Source of the DNA: Candidatus Methylomirabilota bacterium
Lineage (GTDB): Bacteria; Verrucomicrobiota; Verrucomicrobiia; Limisphaerales; UBA11358
Direction: 5' to 3'
NCBI GenBank assembly: GCA_035644195.1
Contig: DASQOZ010000030.1
Location: 3,767-67,766, forward strand
Length of the DNA stretch: 64,000 bases
Shown: piece by piece, positions 1-9,805 of the stretch
How the letters are laid out: every line of letters starts with the position of its first letter
Numbering within the stretch: the stretch's first letter is position 1
Notes under the pieces: model-generated
What the model was told of the DNA's origin: nothing
Database searches by the model: none
Seen by the model: only the letters and a program-made list of their open reading frames with translations
Position numbers and translations under genes: made by a program

Positions 1-378
1 CGCCTGCCGCAATGCGATTTCCAGTTGCGGCGGATCCCACGGCTTGGTGATGTATTTGTAAATCGCGCCGCTGTTGACCGCGGCAATCGCCGCGTCCATG
101 TCCGAATAAGCCGTCACGAGAATCCGCAAAATGCGCGGGCGCAATTGCCGCGCTTTTTCCAAAAGCCACACGCCTTTTTCGCCGGGCATCCGCTGGTCGG
201 TCATCAACAGGCCGATTTCTTCGCCGCGCTGCTCGAGTATTTTGAAGCCGTCCCGCGCATTCGCCGCTGTAAATATGCGGAAATCGTCGCCAAAGGCGCG
301 CTCGAAATACTTCAGCGATTGCTCTTCGTCATCCACGTAGAGGATGGCGAATTTTTTGTAGTCGTGGAGATCTTTCAT
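1..378 (-). CDS. Response regulator receiver protein, PhcR/PhcQ-like (partial, runs off window start)
   Basis: Manual translation from ATG at 378: MKDLHDYKKFAILYVDDEEQSLKYF...LLMTDQRMPG...LVTAYSD...YITKPWD, with all receiver motifs. No stop before position 1, so absent from the ORF track. Confidence 0.9.
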   Translation of the reverse strand, partial: MKDLHDYKKFAILYVDDEEQSLKYFERAFGDDFRIFTAANARDGFKILEQRGEEIGLLMTDQRMPGEKGVWLLEKARQLRPRILRILVTAYSDMDAAIAAVNSGAIYKYITKPWDPPQLEIALRQA

Positions 379-383
379 GTCCT

Positions 384-1745
384 TCAGTTCACAGCCTGGT
401 TGATTTTGACCGGAAATTCGAGCGCAAATTCGCAGAATTTTCCCGGTTCCGTCTTCACCGAAATTTTTCCGCCGTATTCCTGCACGATGCTGTAGCAAAT
501 GCTCAGCCCAAGCCCCATGCCTTCGCCCACGTCTTTTGTGGTGAAGAACGGGTCGAAAATTTTGTCCAAATGTTTGGCTTCAATGCCATGGCCGTTGTCG
601 CGGACGGATAAAATGCTTTGGCCATTTTCAATCCGGCCTTCAATCCAGATGGCGGGTTTTTCACCGGGTGCGAAGGATTTGGTCTTCAACGAATCGAGCG
701 AGTTTTGAAAAAGGTTCACCATCACATGGATCAATTTATTTTTATTGGCCAGGATTGTCTGATCCTCCGCATATTTTTGTTCGACTTGCATTGTGTCGCG
801 CCATTCGTTGTTCAAAAATCGCAATGCCGGTGCGACGACTTCAGCCGGCGTCACAGCGTCAAGCTGCTCGGTGTTGGGATGCGTGAACATCCGCAAATCG
901 GAGACAATGGTTTGGACGCGCTTAAGGCCTTTCTCGACATCGGTGAGGACTTCGGTGTAATCCGCCTGCTCTTCCGGCGCGAGATGCTTGCTTTTTTTGC
1001 GCAACGTGAAAAGGCCGGTCATGGCGAAATTCAGCGGATTGTTGATTTCGTGTATGATGCCCGCGCTCATGCGGCCCAGCGACGCCAGTTTTTCGGATTG
1101 CACCAATTGCATTTCATTTTCCTTGAGTTGCTTGAGGCTCGCTTCGAGCGCCTTGCCGCTTTTGTCCAATTCGCAGCGGGAAACGAATTCCCGCATTCGC
1201 ACGCGGCTGTGAAAATAAGTGCCCGCGATGATGGCGATGCTGGAGGACACGAGAAAAAATAAACTGCCTTTGAACAGTCGCCCGTCAAAAGTTGCCTGCG
1301 AAAACAGGCATGCCGCCAGATAAAGGAATAGAACCAGCGCGACCGAAATGACACTTTGCCAGAACGTCCAATCCAGCACGACGGCCAGCACCATCAACAC
1401 CAAAATCAGCCCCGCGTAATAAGGCGACGCCGTTCCTTCGGTCGCATAAACCATCCATGCGATTGTTGCTGAAGGGAGGAAGAGCAAAACGACGCCCTGA
1501 AAATGATAGTGTTTTTTTCCGAAATCTGTTCCCAAAACAAAATAAAGTCCTGCCATCAAAGCTGAACAAACCAATCGCAAAAGGAAAAATGAAAATGCCT
1601 GCTGCGGATAAACGAAATGATCCAAACCGCCAAAGAGCGGCACCATCACAATTCCCAAAAAACATCCCAATCGCGTTTTGCGGATGGTTATTTCGCGGTC
1701 ATACTCCTGCCAGGCGCCCAGAAATTCTTTTGGAATGAATTGCAT
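384..1745 (-). CDS. Membrane sensor histidine kinase, PhcS-like
   Basis: About 5-6 N-terminal hydrophobic segments, H-box SEKLASLGRMSAGIIHEINNP, N box, DNGHG, FDPFFTTK, GMGLGL. Confidence 0.93.
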   Translation of the reverse strand: MQFIPKEFLGAWQEYDREITIRKTRLGCFLGIVMVPLFGGLDHFVYPQQAFSFFLLRLVCSALMAGLYFVLGTDFGKKHYHFQGVVLLFLPSATIAWMVYATEGTASPYYAGLILVLMVLAVVLDWTFWQSVISVALVLFLYLAACLFSQATFDGRLFKGSLFFLVSSSIAIIAGTYFHSRVRMREFVSRCELDKSGKALEASLKQLKENEMQLVQSEKLASLGRMSAGIIHEINNPLNFAMTGLFTLRKKSKHLAPEEQADYTEVLTDVEKGLKRVQTIVSDLRMFTHPNTEQLDAVTPAEVVAPALRFLNNEWRDTMQVEQKYAEDQTILANKNKLIHVMVNLFQNSLDSLKTKSFAPGEKPAIWIEGRIENGQSILSVRDNGHGIEAKHLDKIFDPFFTTKDVGEGMGLGLSICYSIVQEYGGKISVKTEPGKFCEFALEFPVKINQAVN

Positions 1746-1746
1746 A

Positions 1747-3279
1747 TCAGTCCGGTTTGCGGATGTGCAGGAACAGGTTCACGGAGGTTGGTTCTGCGAT
1801 GACACGGGTTGTTTCCCGGCAGCATTCGGGGACGAGCGACAAGATTTCCCGGCTGTCGCGATAAATCAAATGCCAGTCCAAAATGAATTCGATGAAATTG
1901 CGGAACGGTTTCGTGTCGTTCATGTTCGCGATCAACATCAGGCCGCCGGGCGACAGCGAATCATACCAAAGGCCGATCAGCGCGCGGCAAGTGTCCGGCG
2001 CGAGATAATCAAAAAGTCCCGCGCAATAAATCAGGTCGAATTTTTCCGCGCCCGCGCCGTTTTGCCGCGTGCGTTTCAAAAGTTCATACACTGAAATCTG
2101 CCGCGTGCGTATCGGCGTGTGCCGGGAAAATTTGTGCCTGGCTTCGGCCAATTTTCGCCCGGCATGGAGCAAGGTTTCTTCATTGAAATCTATCAAAGTA
2201 AAATCCGCCTGGTTGCTCAAATGGGTTTTAGTTAAAAAATCCTGAACTTCCCTTGCCGGACCGCAGCCGATGTTCAAGATGCGCGCGGATTTTCTTGTGC
2301 GGGCGACGCGCGCCGTTTCGTTGAGGATATTTTCGTGAAGGTGGGCGATGCGGTTGCGGACGGATTTTGCCGGCCACTGGCTGACCAGCAAAAGATGGAT
2401 CAATTTGTCGTAAAGCGAATTTCCCTCCGGCTGGTTCCGATGGATCATGTTCATCATCTCGTAATCGCCCGCATAACCGCCAGGTTTGTGATAAGTGCGA
2501 TGGCCGAAGGGAGAGCTTAAAAATAATTTCTGCCAGTGCCGCCGGACAAAATCCTGGTGCGCCATGCGTGATTCCGGCGACAGCGCGCAAATGATTTCTT
2601 CAAACCGCTCGTGCCGGCCATTGAAGGACTCGATGACTCGCGGCGCGACGGTGTTCAAAATGGCTTGCTCCTGTTCTTGCTTGTCGCCGTGTGTTTTCAG
2701 GCCGAATTCCAATCCCTCAAGCCAATGCCGCACGCCGGTGAGATAAGACTGGACGTCGGCGATCAACACTTTGAATTCCGCCGAAATGCGGTAATTGTTT
2801 TGCCAGCTCTGGAAAAAAGAATTGTAAGCCTCCTGAAGATTGGAAGGAGATTCCGTGGGCGGCAGAAAAAATGCCGTGTCCGAACCGAGATTGTCCAGCT
2901 TGGCCTCGCAAAGGAGCGACGCGCCGGTGTGGATGACATTGCTCACCACGGCGCGCCCGAAATAGATGATGCGGCCGGCGGTGGTGATCTTGAAATTGTT
3001 CAGCACTTCCGAAGTCCGCAGAGTGGTTGCAAGGTGGCTGGCCTCAAAAGTCGCCGCATGGCTTGCCAGTCGCACGAGGCTGGCGCGCAACTCCGCGCCG
3101 CCCGGCGTCTGGAAAGCAACTTCATTTTCAGCAACGGTTTGTGCCGGCGCAACGGCGCGCGATTTGGCCGCCTTTCTTTCAGGCTGGCGGATCGAACTGC
3201 GGCTGTTTTTGATGACAAGGCTCATCCCAAGCCAGAATGAAACATTTTTCACGCCAAAACCAGCCGATTGTTTTTTCAT
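1747..3279 (-). CDS. phcB: SAM-dependent methyltransferase, PhcB-like (fatty-acid methyl ester signal synthase family)
   Basis: KPGGYAGDYEMM segment, SAM motif ILNIGCGPARE, FDLIYCAGLFDYL, C-terminal LDWHLIYR; directly upstream of kinase and regulator as in Ralstonia phcBSR. Confidence 0.7.
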   Translation of the reverse strand: MKKQSAGFGVKNVSFWLGMSLVIKNSRSSIRQPERKAAKSRAVAPAQTVAENEVAFQTPGGAELRASLVRLASHAATFEASHLATTLRTSEVLNNFKITTAGRIIYFGRAVVSNVIHTGASLLCEAKLDNLGSDTAFFLPPTESPSNLQEAYNSFFQSWQNNYRISAEFKVLIADVQSYLTGVRHWLEGLEFGLKTHGDKQEQEQAILNTVAPRVIESFNGRHERFEEIICALSPESRMAHQDFVRRHWQKLFLSSPFGHRTYHKPGGYAGDYEMMNMIHRNQPEGNSLYDKLIHLLLVSQWPAKSVRNRIAHLHENILNETARVARTRKSARILNIGCGPAREVQDFLTKTHLSNQADFTLIDFNEETLLHAGRKLAEARHKFSRHTPIRTRQISVYELLKRTRQNGAGAEKFDLIYCAGLFDYLAPDTCRALIGLWYDSLSPGGLMLIANMNDTKPFRNFIEFILDWHLIYRDSREILSLVPECCRETTRVIAEPTSVNLFLHIRKPD

Positions 3280-3349
3280 TGCTCATCCTCATTCTCAAGA
3301 TGCGAAAATCGAGGGCTAGGATGACGATGAGGACGAGAAGGAAACAGTA

Positions 3350-4204
3350 TTATGCCAACGCATCGAACTTCTGCAAGATGGCCGAGAGCGTGGCGTTGAA
3401 TGTCGCAGGTTGCTCGAGCATGAGAAAATGTCCCACGCCCTCCATCATCACATAATCCGATTGCGGCGCGAGTGAGCGGACATAGTTTTCGTAACCAGCA
3501 TTCCACCACGGGCTTCGGGCGTTGATGGCGGCGACGGGCGCGTTGACCTTCTGCAAAATCCAATCAGGCTGGTCTGCGCCGAACATTCCCAGCATCGCGC
3601 CGAACATGACGTGTTGCGGCGTGGCGAGCATTTCGGACATCACGCGGTCGCGCAACGTTTCGGAGCCGGGAACGGGAAAAAAAGTGCTGATGAATCCTTT
3701 GGCGTGATCGAGATATTGCGGCGAGCCGAATGGCGCAACCAACGCTCTGGCTTGTTCGGCCGTGCCGGGAGGGCGGCACAGCAAGCCGTCCACGGAAACC
3801 AGAGCGGCAATTTTTTCCGGCGCGCGATGGTGAACGCGGCAGATGACCGCTCCGCCCATGCTGTGGCCGATGAAGGTGGCCTTGTCCACATTTTCGGCGT
3901 TCAACACGGCGAGCACTGCATCGGCGAAAAAATCCATCGTGTAGGCCGTTTGCGGTTTGTCGCTCTGGCCGTGGCCGGGAAGGTCAATGAAAATAAGCCG
4001 CGCCTTGTCTGCCAGCGCCGAAACCTGTTCGCGCCAGAAACCGAGATTGCCTGCCCAGCAGTGGACAAAGACGATTGTGCGATTCCCTTTGCCTGCGGTG
4101 ACGTAATGGATGCGGTTCGCACCAAGCGAAACAAAATGAGATTCTCCGTCAGCCATGCCTGCGGAGCAGCCGTTTGCGCCCATGTTGGAATTCCCATTTC
4201 TCAT
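3350..4204 (-). CDS. Alpha/beta fold hydrolase
   Basis: VFVHCWAG, DLPGHGQS, nucleophile GHSMG, C-terminal GHFLMLEQP; start uncertain (ORF open to 4249). Confidence 0.9.
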   Translation of the reverse strand: MRNGNSNMGANGCSAGMADGESHFVSLGANRIHYVTAGKGNRTIVFVHCWAGNLGFWREQVSALADKARLIFIDLPGHGQSDKPQTAYTMDFFADAVLAVLNAENVDKATFIGHSMGGAVICRVHHRAPEKIAALVSVDGLLCRPPGTAEQARALVAPFGSPQYLDHAKGFISTFFPVPGSETLRDRVMSEMLATPQHVMFGAMLGMFGADQPDWILQKVNAPVAAINARSPWWNAGYENYVRSLAPQSDYVMMEGVGHFLMLEQPATFNATLSAILQKFDALA

Positions 4205-4286
4205 TGCTATTAACCGCACGATACTACGCAGACGGGTCAGCGTCCGCAAACAGTTAGTTGCAGGAATTTAGAAATGTAACAATGGA

Positions 4287-5687
4287 TTAAAAATGAATTC
4301 CCACTGTCAGCATCAAGGCGTTGCTATGAAAACCATATTTGCCGTCGGCAGATTGTCCGGCGGAAAGGCCGGGAGTTGACGATGGCTTGCTGCCGGTGAC
4401 CGTATGCGTTGGACCATAGCCGAATTGATAGGTGATATCAAAATCAAAAGTTTTTCCATCGCGTCCGGCTCCGGCGCTGAAGAACTGGCGGTCCATGTCC
4501 GCCGCCAGTGGAGTGTAAAATTGATTTGGCACCGAGTTCTCGTTGAAAACGTAGCCGCCGCTGACGTGCCAGCCACTGTCAAAATATCGCGTCACGCCGA
4601 ATTCATACATCCAACTCGCCTGCCAATCGAGTGTCAAAGGGGGATTTTGTGGCCCTCCTAGCGGAGCAGTTCCAGATTGAAAGATAGTTGTTTTTCCAAA
4701 GCTACTCCAATCTGTATAGTTGGCATCGAATTCCAGATTCCATTTTGACGTGGGCCGATATGAAACGCCAAAAACAGCGGTCAATGGAAAGGTGAAGTTG
4801 GCATGTGCGGGCAATGACGTATCCGATATGCCTGCTGAAAATTGTTCGAATTCTGTGTGACCATTCAAAGTGACAGTTGCCGAACTGCGGAAGTTCGCGC
4901 CGATTGAAATTTGATCAATCGGTTGCCAAAGCACGCCCACATTACCGCCCACGCTCCAGCCGTCGCCTTTAAAATCGAAAAAATTGGTGTTGGGCGGTAG
5001 ATAAAATGGACGAAGACCTTGCTTTATATTCATGTTTACATAATTCACCATCGCGCCGCCGCCGATTGACAATGAATCCAATATCTTCACAGCAGCCACC
5101 GGATTGATGGTGATGTATTTCAACGAACCGCTCGTGGCGACTGTGCGAAAGCCCGTGTCCTGCGGCCATCTCATGCTTCCGCCGAACGGCGCATAAACAC
5201 CTAGGCCAAAGCTCAATGGCAAATTTGTCGGCGCATAAGCGTAAAAAAACTGGGGAACTGCGGCAAAATGATCCGAGCTGTGATAAGTCTTGCCGCTATT
5301 TGGAACACCACTCGGAGGACGGAAACTGGAGTCGAGGTCAATCGCATAAATGCCCGCGCGAAAATTATTATCCACGAGTTGAGCGATGCCCGCCGGATTA
5401 TAGTAAATAGCTGCGGCATTATCGGCAGTGGCTACGAACGCCTCTCCACGCGCAGTCGCAAAAGCATCCTGATCTGGAAGAGCGAAGCCGTTTGCAAAAA
5501 CATTTCCGGCCCAAATTCCCGAAACCAGAACCGTCGGCAAAAATTTCGATATGAAACCTTTGCAAAATATTTGCAGTGGCGGTCTGCGACCGCCGTCTGC
5601 TTTTGAAAACGCAAAAATTCGGCGGTCGCAGACCGCCGCTGCAATTTCAAATGAACCTTTTACGGTCTTTATGTTCCATTTGTTCAT
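4287..5687 (-). CDS. fadL: OmpP1/FadL/TodX family outer-membrane long-chain fatty acid transporter
   Basis: NGFAL...ARGEAFVATADNAAAIYYNPAG, GLGVYAPFG, terminal Phe; signal n-region lengthened by an in-frame element. Confidence 0.88.
   Translation of the reverse strand: MNKWNIKTVKGSFEIAAAVCDRRIFAFSKADGGRRPPLQIFCKGFISKFLPTVLVSGIWAGNVFANGFALPDQDAFATARGEAFVATADNAAAIYYNPAGIAQLVDNNFRAGIYAIDLDSSFRPPSGVPNSGKTYHSSDHFAAVPQFFYAYAPTNLPLSFGLGVYAPFGGSMRWPQDTGFRTVATSGSLKYITINPVAAVKILDSLSIGGGAMVNYVNMNIKQGLRPFYLPPNTNFFDFKGDGWSVGGNVGVLWQPIDQISIGANFRSSATVTLNGHTEFEQFSAGISDTSLPAHANFTFPLTAVFGVSYRPTSKWNLEFDANYTDWSSFGKTTIFQSGTAPLGGPQNPPLTLDWQASWMYEFGVTRYFDSGWHVSGGYVFNENSVPNQFYTPLAADMDRQFFSAGAGRDGKTFDFDITYQFGYGPTHTVTGSKPSSTPGLSAGQSADGKYGFHSNALMLTVGIHF
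5553..5669. mobile_element. 117-bp MITE-like element with internal REP doublet, in frame in the fadL signal region
   Basis: Ends GAAACCTTTGCAAAA...GGTCTT, flanked by TAT direct repeats (5550-5552, 5670-5672); internal GGCGGTCTGCGACCGCC/GGCGGTCGCAGACCGCC palindromes; related copy at 26124-26244. Confidence 0.7.
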
Positions 5688-5872
5688 AACGGGTTCCGGC
5701 AATCTGAACGGACGCTGACTGTGCGGCAGCTTACCTGTCGAACAGCCTCCTGCCAGCAAATTTCTTGCGCCGACCAATGCAGATGACCGATTCAGACAAA
5801 AAATGGGCGGCATTTGGCAAAAAACTCATTTTGCTCTCTTTACTTTTTTCCGACATAAGATAAGCTCTCGAC

Positions 5873-7123
5873 GTGAAAAATTTTATTCAGAAGTTATCTC
5901 GATTGACAGTTGTTGTTTTGTTGTTCGGCTCGGTTCTTCCAACGCGGGCCGCTTTCACGTCGCTATATGTTTTTGGTGATGGCATTTCCACTACGACCAA
6001 CAATCCGTCTGCTGGACAATATTACTACGGTCTGCGTCGCTCCAATGGCCGGGTTTGGGCTGAAGTGTTGGCGCAACGATTAGGTCTGGGTGCCAATTCC
6101 ATCACTAATGCCAATTGGTCCAACTCAAGCAACAATTGGTCTTATTATGGTCAATACAGTCCCAATCTGGTAACAAACCTCAATAGTTTTCATACACCAT
6201 CGGATGCAGCCAACGCATTGTTTATCGTATGGGTCAACAATGCCGACTTTGTCGGTGACATGGGAAATATTTACCCTTCTTTAAACATAGTCACGTGGAC
6301 CAATGCTATTAATCAATCTTTGAACAACCACTGGCGAGTCATTACAAATCTATATTACGCCAAAGGCGCTCGCACTTTGATCATGCCGAAGGCCGTGGAT
6401 ATCACCGAGACTCCGCAATACGATTATTACCCTGCGGCCAGTAAAAGCTTCATCCGCCAAAGGGTCATTGATTTCAATGTTGCTTTCACCACTCTCATAA
6501 ATCAGGCAAGAACATCACTGCCCGGTATTACGATTTACGAACCGGACTTTTTCGCGTTACTTGACGATGTATTGGTGCACGCTTCCAATTATGGATTGAC
6601 CAATGTCCTCTCCAGCGGACAAAGCATTGATGTGCTGGAAGATTCACTGGCAAACAAGTCTTTGAATGGACCGGGTGCGAACTACATTTTTTGGGATGCG
6701 GTAGACCCGAGTGCAAAACTTCATGAGGTGATGGCTGATGTCGCGCAGCAAATCATTTCGCCGGTGCAAATCGCCCAAATCACAGCGCTGGCCGGCAGCA
6801 ACCGGCTTAATCTGGCAAATGTGCCGGTCGGCCTGAATGGTTCCGTGGAAGGCTCTACAAATCTGGCACTGGCAAATTGGACAGCTATAACCGTGACCAA
6901 CGGCGGGACAGCCAACATCGTTACTATCACCAGCGCCAATACAGCACAATTTGTTTTTGTCCCAACTCCTCCCAGCTGGGGTGTTGACACCAACAACATT
7001 GTCGTCAGCGCCAACAGTGGCAGCACTGGCGGCGGAATTGCGCCGGGGCCGGGCGGAACTGTTGTTGTCACCGCACTGCAATTTTATCGGCTGCGCTTTC
7101 CTTACGCCTGGGTTTGGCCGTGA
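5873..7123 (+). CDS. Secreted SGNH/GDSL-fold protein, probably catalytically inactive, with C-terminal FYR-ending domain
   Basis: Signal peptide; FGDGIS in place of GDSL; RSNGRVW; WDAVDPS in place of DxxHP; ends QFYRLRFP. Confidence 0.8.
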   Translation: MKNFIQKLSRLTVVVLLFGSVLPTRAAFTSLYVFGDGISTTTNNPSAGQYYYGLRRSNGRVWAEVLAQRLGLGANSITNANWSNSSNNWSYYGQYSPNLVTNLNSFHTPSDAANALFIVWVNNADFVGDMGNIYPSLNIVTWTNAINQSLNNHWRVITNLYYAKGARTLIMPKAVDITETPQYDYYPAASKSFIRQRVIDFNVAFTTLINQARTSLPGITIYEPDFFALLDDVLVHASNYGLTNVLSSGQSIDVLEDSLANKSLNGPGANYIFWDAVDPSAKLHEVMADVAQQIISPVQIAQITALAGSNRLNLANVPVGLNGSVEGSTNLALANWTAITVTNGGTANIVTITSANTAQFVFVPTPPSWGVDTNNIVVSANSGSTGGGIAPGPGGTVVVTALQFYRLRFPYAWVWP

Positions 7124-7133
7124 TCGGCAAAAA

Positions 7134-8207
7134 TTACGCGGTTGAAACTGCGGCGGGCATTGCCTTCGCCAAAGTTTCATAACCCAAGCGCAGCATCCGT
7201 TCCGTCGTTTCCCAACCGATGCACGAATCGGTGATGGAAATGCCATAGCGCAATTCCTTCAAATTTTTCGGAATCGGCTGATTGCCTTCGGCGATGTTGC
7301 TTTCGACCATCAAGCCGATCAACGAGCGCGTGCCTTCCGCGCGTTGCTGGACGACACTGCGCCAGACATCCTCTTGTTGCGCGAACTTTTTTTCCGAATT
7401 CGCGTGGCTGCAATCCACCATCAGCACCGGCTGGAGTTTTTCGGAAATCAATTTTTCCTCCGCCGCGCGGATGCTTTCCGCGTCGTAATTCGTTTTCGTG
7501 CGCCCGCCTCGCAACACGACGTGAGCGTGCGGATTGCCCGTTGTGCGCACGATGCTCGTGACGCCGTCTTCGTTGATGCCGAGAAAACTGTGCGAATGCC
7601 GTGTCGCGCCCATCGCGTCAATCGCGATTTGCAAACTGCCGTCCGTGGAATTTTTCAAACCAACGGGCATCGAAAGGCCGCTCGCCATTTCGCGATGCGT
7701 CTGCGATTCCGTCGTGCGCGCGCCGATCGCCGCCCACGTGATCAAATCCGCGATGTATTGCGGCACAATCGGGTCGAGAAATTCCGTCGCCGCCGGCAAA
7801 CCCATGCCGGTGATTTCCAAAAGCAATCGGCGCGCAATTTTTAATCCGGTTTCGATGTCCTGCGAACCGTCCAGATGCGGATCGTTGATCAAACCTTTCC
7901 AGCCGATGGTCGTTCTCGGTTTTTCAAAATAGACGCGCATGACGATTTCCATGCGGTCGGCAAATTCTTTTCGCAGCGCGTTCAGCCGCGCCGCATATTC
8001 GAGCGCTTCTTTTTCGTTGTGAATGGAACAAGGGCCGATGACCACGAGCAGGCGCGGGTCTTCCTGCCGCAAAATGTGGATGATCCGCTCGCGGCTGCGC
8101 GCGACGGTGGCATTGGCGGCCTCGCTCGTCGGCGATTGCGCCTTCAATTCGCGCGGCGAGAGCAGCCGGACGATTTCTTTGACGTGTAAATCCTGCGTCC
8201 GAAACAT
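7134..8207 (-). CDS. 3-deoxy-7-phosphoheptulonate (DAHP) synthase, class I
   Basis: IGPCSIH, MRVYFEKPRTTIGWKGLINDP, IGARTTESQTHRE, DCSHANS; TATAAT 7 nt before ATG 8207. Confidence 0.96.
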   Translation of the reverse strand: MFRTQDLHVKEIVRLLSPRELKAQSPTSEAANATVARSRERIIHILRQEDPRLLVVIGPCSIHNEKEALEYAARLNALRKEFADRMEIVMRVYFEKPRTTIGWKGLINDPHLDGSQDIETGLKIARRLLLEITGMGLPAATEFLDPIVPQYIADLITWAAIGARTTESQTHREMASGLSMPVGLKNSTDGSLQIAIDAMGATRHSHSFLGINEDGVTSIVRTTGNPHAHVVLRGGRTKTNYDAESIRAAEEKLISEKLQPVLMVDCSHANSEKKFAQQEDVWRSVVQQRAEGTRSLIGLMVESNIAEGNQPIPKNLKELRYGISITDSCIGWETTERMLRLGYETLAKAMPAAVSTA

Positions 8208-8302
8208 GAAGGCCATTATAGTGTAATTTCGTTTCGCGAAAAGCGGAAACGCAACGCATTGGACACCCTTGGAATTTTCCGGTAGTTTGCGCAAAAGGAA
8301 TT

Positions 8303-9772
8303 ATGACCGACGACAAATTGAACACCGGCCAGAAGGCGCTCCAGATCAACGTGGACGCAAAAAAATACGGCACGTTCGCCGAGATCGGCGCGGGTCAGGA
8401 AGTCGCGGGCTGGTTTTTTCACGTCGGCAAGGCGTCCGGCACCGTGGCCAAGACCATTTCCGCCTACGACATGGCCGTGAGCGACGCGATTTACGGCACG
8501 GCGGAGCGTTATGTCAGCCGCAAGCGTCTTCAGGCGATGCTGGATTACGAATTCAAGCTGTTGATCGAGCGGCTCGACAAGGCGCGCGGCGACAAATGCA
8601 CATTCTTCGTTTTCGCCGACACCGTCACCACGCGGCGCGACGAAGGCCACGGATGGCTCGGCATGAAATTCCAGACGCAGCCGCACGAAGCGCCGTCGCA
8701 AATCATCATCCATGTGCGGATGATCGAGAAACAGAGCCTCCGCCAGCAGGAGGCTCTTGGCATCATCGGTGTCAATCTGATCCACGCCGGATTTTATCAT
8801 TTCAACGAGCCGGAAAAAATCATCACGTCGCTCATGGACGACCTCACGCGCGAGCGCATCGAGGTGGACATGATCAAATTTTCCGGTCCGCGTTTTGCGC
8901 ATGTGGACAATCGCCTGATGAGCCTGCAACTCGTGCAGCAACAACTTTCCGACGCCGCCATGTTCACCGCCGATGGAGAAGTTGTCATCCCCGGCGAAGT
9001 GCTTTACCAAAAATCCGTGCTTGTCGAGCGCGGCAGTTTCCGGCCCATCACCAAAACCACGCTCGACATTTTGGAGCGCGCGCGCGAACAATTTTTGCGC
9101 GAACCGCAGATGAAAGGCGAAGAGCCGGTCATCCTCATGGAAATGACGTTGCACAGCGTGCTCGAAGATTCCACGATGGCGCACAGGGATTTTCTCGACC
9201 GCGTGGATTTGTTGAGCACGCTCGGCAAGACCGTTTTGATTTCCAACTTTGGCCGTTACTATCGCCTCGTTGAATATCTTTCGCATTACACGCAAAAAAT
9301 GCAGGGCATCGCCCTGGGCATCCCGAGTTTGCGCGGCATTTTCGATGAAAAATTTTATGCCGACCTGCCCGGCGGATTGCTCGAATCACTTGGCCGCCTT
9401 TTCAAAGGCACGACCAAGCTTTACGTTTATCCATTCCGCGATCCTGCGCCCGGAAAATTTTCCGACACGCCGCGCGGCGAAAGCGGCATTTGGATGCGCG
9501 AGGCGGCCAACGGGCAGATTGTCACCGCAGAAAACCTTCAAGTCGCGCCGCACCTGCGCCATCTTTACGCGCACTTGCTCCAAAACGGCTACATCACCGG
9601 CATCGAGAATTACAATCCCGACTATCTTTCGCTCTTTCCGCCCTTCGTGCTGTCAAAGCTTCAATCCGGCGATGCCTCATGGGAAAACGACGTGCCGGCT
9701 GCGATTGTCGAAAGTATCAAGCGCGGGAAAATGTTTGGCTGGCAGGAAAAACCGGTCGCGGTGACCGCATAA
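8303..9772 (+). CDS. Conserved protein with degenerate nucleotidyltransferase-like C-terminal half (function unclear)
   Basis: YGTFAEIGAGQEV N-terminus; RGSFRPIT resembles the GxF-x-P lead-in of HIGH-family adenylyltransferases. Confidence 0.65.
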   Translation: MTDDKLNTGQKALQINVDAKKYGTFAEIGAGQEVAGWFFHVGKASGTVAKTISAYDMAVSDAIYGTAERYVSRKRLQAMLDYEFKLLIERLDKARGDKCTFFVFADTVTTRRDEGHGWLGMKFQTQPHEAPSQIIIHVRMIEKQSLRQQEALGIIGVNLIHAGFYHFNEPEKIITSLMDDLTRERIEVDMIKFSGPRFAHVDNRLMSLQLVQQQLSDAAMFTADGEVVIPGEVLYQKSVLVERGSFRPITKTTLDILERAREQFLREPQMKGEEPVILMEMTLHSVLEDSTMAHRDFLDRVDLLSTLGKTVLISNFGRYYRLVEYLSHYTQKMQGIALGIPSLRGIFDEKFYADLPGGLLESLGRLFKGTTKLYVYPFRDPAPGKFSDTPRGESGIWMREAANGQIVTAENLQVAPHLRHLYAHLLQNGYITGIENYNPDYLSLFPPFVLSKLQSGDASWENDVPAAIVESIKRGKMFGWQEKPVAVTA

Positions 9773-9805
9773 CCAACAACCCGTCTTCCGGCTAAATTAT
9801 TTTCT

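Noticed and set aside
8303..9772. TonB-dependent receptor label often attached to this family
   Set aside because: No signal peptide or beta-barrel pattern; the protein appears cytoplasmic
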